64,000 nt of DNA from Oikopleura dioica. Its lineage: Eukaryota; Animalia; Chordata. Of the stretch, positions 60,474 through 64,000 are shown in pieces. How positions within the stretch are numbered: position 1 is the first letter of the stretch; every line of letters begins with the position of its first letter. The position numbers and the translations under genes were made by a program. The notes below the pieces were generated by a model. It was given only the letters and a program-made list of their open reading frames with translations. It was not told the DNA's origin and did no database searches. The stretch covers positions 5,146,001 to 5,210,000 of the forward strand of contig OU015569.1 in the NCBI GenBank assembly GCA_907165135.1, given 5' to 3'.

Positions 60474-62405
60474 ATGGCGTTGCGGCATAGAACAGACTCG
60501 ATCGCTAAGTACGAAGAAGCCCTGAGCGAAGTTATGGACAAGATCGCGCTCTCGTACGAAGACTTGAATGCAATCAAAGAAAAAGTGAAGGGAGATGTGA
60601 AAGCGAAGCTCGAGAAAGATCAAAGCGGTGTTGGACGAATGTTAAACTCATATGTAGCCAAGATTCCAAATGGGTCCGAGAAGGGCGAATATATTGTTCT
60701 GGGTAGAATAATCGACTTTTCATAATTGCCTATAAATTGTCTTATAGATTTCGGTGGACGATTCTTCAGAGTTGTTTATGTACGTCTGAACCAAGCAAAC
60801 TCAGCAGATGCAGACTTTTCCGTGGCCCCAAAAGGCTCTGGAACAAAACTTGGCAACGATGAAGCAGTATTTATGGAAAGCAAGATCTATCCACTAAGAA
60901 AGAATCAGACCAAAGGTTCAGAAGAGCTTTTTAAACTTATAGCAAAGGTATTTATTCAATTCATATTTTGTTGGAAACGATGAATTAGAGCTGTGCTGAC
61001 TTTTGTAGTCGCTTCAGGCTAGAAGAAAACCCCATCGATATTGTTCTTGTGAATTCGTTTCCCTGCCGCCATGAAAGCATTAATAAAGCAACTCTTATCC
61101 GATGGAACAAGGTAAGGTACTTTTTCGCAAATACCCAACTCGATCTTTTTATAGACCGTTCTGGTAAGGCTGTAGTAATAGACTGCTTACAACTTAACAG
61201 AATATTTTCTTTATGTGAATAGCTAGTCATCGTTCTAGTTTGAGCTTTTTTTATCTATTAAAAGCTGTTTCTAGGGACTGCATCCAAGCGACGGAATCGG
61301 ATTGGACGTTTCTGAGCTTCTTCAAAACGCGATCAGTGATGCAGGCTTACCGCACAAAGTTGTCGCCATTGTGAACGACACCGTTGCCTGCCTCTTTACT
61401 GGTGTTAGCGAAGAAGTCAACACTAAACTTGGTCTGATTATTGGAACTGGCTTCAACTTGTCCTTCTTGCGGACTGAAGAGCAGACACAAGCTGTTAATG
61501 CTGAAATGGGCAGTTTCGGTGACGATGGCGAGCTAGACGAGTATCTAACGAGCTTCGACAAGGATATCGTCAACGCTGGTTATATGCCTAATCCGGGGAA
61601 GCAAGTGATCGAGAAGCTGGTTTCGGGAACTTACTTGCCAGAAATCTTCAGAATCATGGTCAAGCACTTCGTCGACGAAGGACTTATGTTTAACGGCGTT
61701 TCATCCGACCAAATTGACAGAGTGGGAGGAATTCCAGGCAGTTTCCTTCCACAGATTATTAGAGCCGGCACCCAAGGTAAACAAATGATTTTCGTATGTG
61801 CGATAAAAGAAATTGACTAGGCTTAAACCACGTGCAGGATGTTTTGATCAACATCGACCTTTGTGGAATGTACGCCGATGCGGAAGCCTGTCTTTCTATC
61901 GCAAAGATGCTCACACATAGAGCTGCTGGACTTGTCGCCGCTTGCCTCGCTGGAATCATCGAAGTCTCAAACTACTCAAAGCACAGTATTAACATTTGCG
62001 TAGGAATGGTTAACATAAGCAATAATAACTTAAACTCTCCATAAGTCAAACAGCTTATGGTCAAACCGAACAAAGACGGATCGTTCTACAAAAGCCACCC
62101 ATTACTAGCTTCCTCTATTCAAGAAATGACCCAAGAGTTATTAGATGGGCACGAGGTAAATACCAATTTAGTAACTTGTTAATTAACTTGCTAGCACCAC
62201 ATCGGCCACAAGATACAGGTACCCGTCATTGAGTGTTACTTAACATTAGTTTGCCATGCTCGTTGCGAGTCTAACTTAGCTCAGACGGTGTCTATCATTT
62301 ATTGATTTCAACATAACTATTCAGGTGACGTTCCGAACATCATACGACGGCAGCGCGAAAGGCGCCGCTTTCCTCGCTGCTGCCAACGTCGCCGCAAATC
62401 AATAG
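60474..62405 (+). CDS. Hexokinase (single-domain, about 50 kDa, divergent)
   Basis: KMLNSY-like segment, DFGG, SFPC, VAIVNDTVACL, GLIIGTGFN, NAEMGSFG, PGKQVIEKLVSGTYL, DGSFYKSHP, DGSAKGAA. Confidence 0.9.
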
Positions 62406-62594
62406 ACAACTTCTAACCTATTCATCCTGAATTGCTTCAATTTCTAGTTTATGGCTGTGAGTGAGGCTGAATGCCAGTTGCGAATCTAATCTGAGTTAAC
62501 TTCAAATGAATGCTGCGAATAAATGATTGAAATGACATGAGAAAGTCGTAGTTGAAATAAGCTAAAAACGCACTTTTAGCTTATTATTTCCCTG

Positions 62595-62917
62595 CTAAGT
62601 AAATAGTGAGTCCTTATTGTCGGCAGTAGTGAAGAAATATTTCAAAATACATTTACATGTATCGGTTCTTTGTACTTGAGCGTCAAGAAACCAGCAACAA
62701 AAAAAAGCAGGCACATGAGGAAGGAAGAGCGTTCGGCGAATTTAGCTGCTCTGTAGCACAAGATCTGGAGGCTGCCAACGATGCCCCAGTTGTTAGGATT
62801 GAAAAGCTTGGGGAACTTGGCACGAATAAAGAAGCAGGTCGCGCTGAAGAGAAGCGCAATCTCAAACTTGGTGAGGACCGTTTTCTCCACAAAGTAGTCC
62901 TCCATCTGAGGCCTCAT
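62595..62917 (-). CDS. TMEM167: Protein kish / TMEM167-like small membrane protein
   Basis: LLFSATCFFIRAKFPKLFNPNNWGIVG..AAKFAERSSFLM matches the kish pattern TCAYIR..P.L..N..G..G..ARIGER; 44-nt GT-AG intron 62613-62656. Confidence 0.6.
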
Positions 62918-63518
62918 TTCGATTTCTAATGAAAGATGAATTAGAAAAGACCAATTTAAATTTGTTCTTCGAAAGCCAAAGAGGGCAAATAGTTAAAAGA
63001 AGGGAATGTCATAACGGAACAGTTGATTAAAGCGGAAAACGAGAGAACCACCTAAAGGGGATTGTAAATGCCGATACATTATCGCGATTAGTAAATAATA
63101 AAATTAATTGGCATAAGTAATCAGAAATCCATTCGACGCGCTTACCAGGATTATTTGCTTGTTTTTTACAGGCACCCGACAGTTTTCAAGAAGAAACCTT
63201 AATAATTTATCTCGAAAAAGAAACTGTGAATGCCTGCAAAAATTTATTTTCGTGACCTTCAAATTTCCACTCTATTAGGTCAACCTTTATAACGAAAGAA
63301 AGAGTAGAAAGAATATATTTATATTTTCGAAAAGAGAAAGAGAGAGAGCAGTCGTACACCAAAACAGTGAGATTAGAAGCAGTGCAACAGATTGTCGTTT
63401 TTGTTTGTTTTTTCGTTTTTAAGAAAGAGTGGAATCGAGATCAGAAGTGAACTTTGCTTGTTGATGACTTTCACCAACGGGGAAATGGAATTTTACAGAA
63501 ATAGCTTGAACGGGGCAT

Positions 63519-63944
63519 CTAGTAAATGAACGTGGCCATATTCGGGCGGTAATAGTTCTGGTTCTGCGAAGGGCCGCGACTCGACGGGTATTCTATAAAT
63601 ACATTAAATATTTCAGGGAGTGAATGTAAAACTCCGCATATTACTGCCAGTACGTTTCAAACTTACGGGCTTGATCTGCATTAGACGGATCATAAATACT
63701 GGGCCCTCCTTCGTCCGCTGTCAACAGCTGGTCGTTTTCAGAGGTGCCTCCGACGTTGACCTGGCTATAAGGAGAGACATTTCCGCCTCTTATCGGATAT
63801 TGCGCGCGATTATGGTTCGGCTGGTAAAACTATAACGATCGTTTACTCTTTGATTTTTTCTTGCTCCTTTACCGTTTGTGAAGGGTCGGAAATAGAATTA
63901 TCCCGATTAGGTCCAGAAGTTACGATTTGGTCATGGAAGGTATT
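63519..63944 (-). CDS. 3' exons of a gene starting beyond the window (low-complexity tail)
   Basis: Three in-phase GT-AG exons ending ..YYRPNMATFIY*. Confidence 0.55.
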
Positions 63945-64000
63945 CTGAAACGAAAATTGTGAAAAGAGTATTGAAGATGTAATTAACCTCTGGATTAAGC

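Noticed and set aside
1-64000. Prokaryotic features (CRISPR arrays, defence islands, rRNA/tRNA, spliced-leader RNA gene)
   Set aside because: No repeat-spacer arrays, cloverleafs or rRNA-like sequence seen. The gene structure is spliced and eukaryotic.

Overview
Compact animal genome, not prokaryotic. Most introns are 30-70 nt, several have GA/GC/GG donors, and genes lie in same-strand operon-like runs with an AG acceptor just 5' of each ATG. This pattern points to an appendicularian tunicate (Oikopleura-type); that assignment is inferred, not looked up. I reconstructed about 33 multi-exon genes by hand-splicing, so gene coordinates are spans and some 5' ends are tentative. Recognisable genes: SENP8, FUNDC, GALNT10-like, PTPDC1, RPA3-like, vasohibin, a lectin-kringle-trypsin protease beside a thyroglobulin/Kunitz inhibitor, a CHST sulfotransferase, a CUB protein, a CatSper-auxiliary-like protein, MYCBPAP, APBB/Fe65, a Trx-PAN-ZP protein, a C2H2 factor, PRMT5, RPL24, RPL15, OGG1, hexokinase and kish/TMEM167. 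Two MITEs are present. Best leads: (1) a 754-bp TTAA/GG-ended MITE inside a ZP-domain coding region that can be removed exactly as a GA-AG intron; (2) an RNase H1-type hybrid-binding domain that splices in frame onto OGG1; (3) a 53-aa secreted prepropeptide gene that the ORF track misses; (4) a spliced antisense microprotein gene nested in an OGG1 intron; (5) a structured 305-nt GC-AG intron in RPL15. All family calls are by-eye motif recognition; no database search was run.
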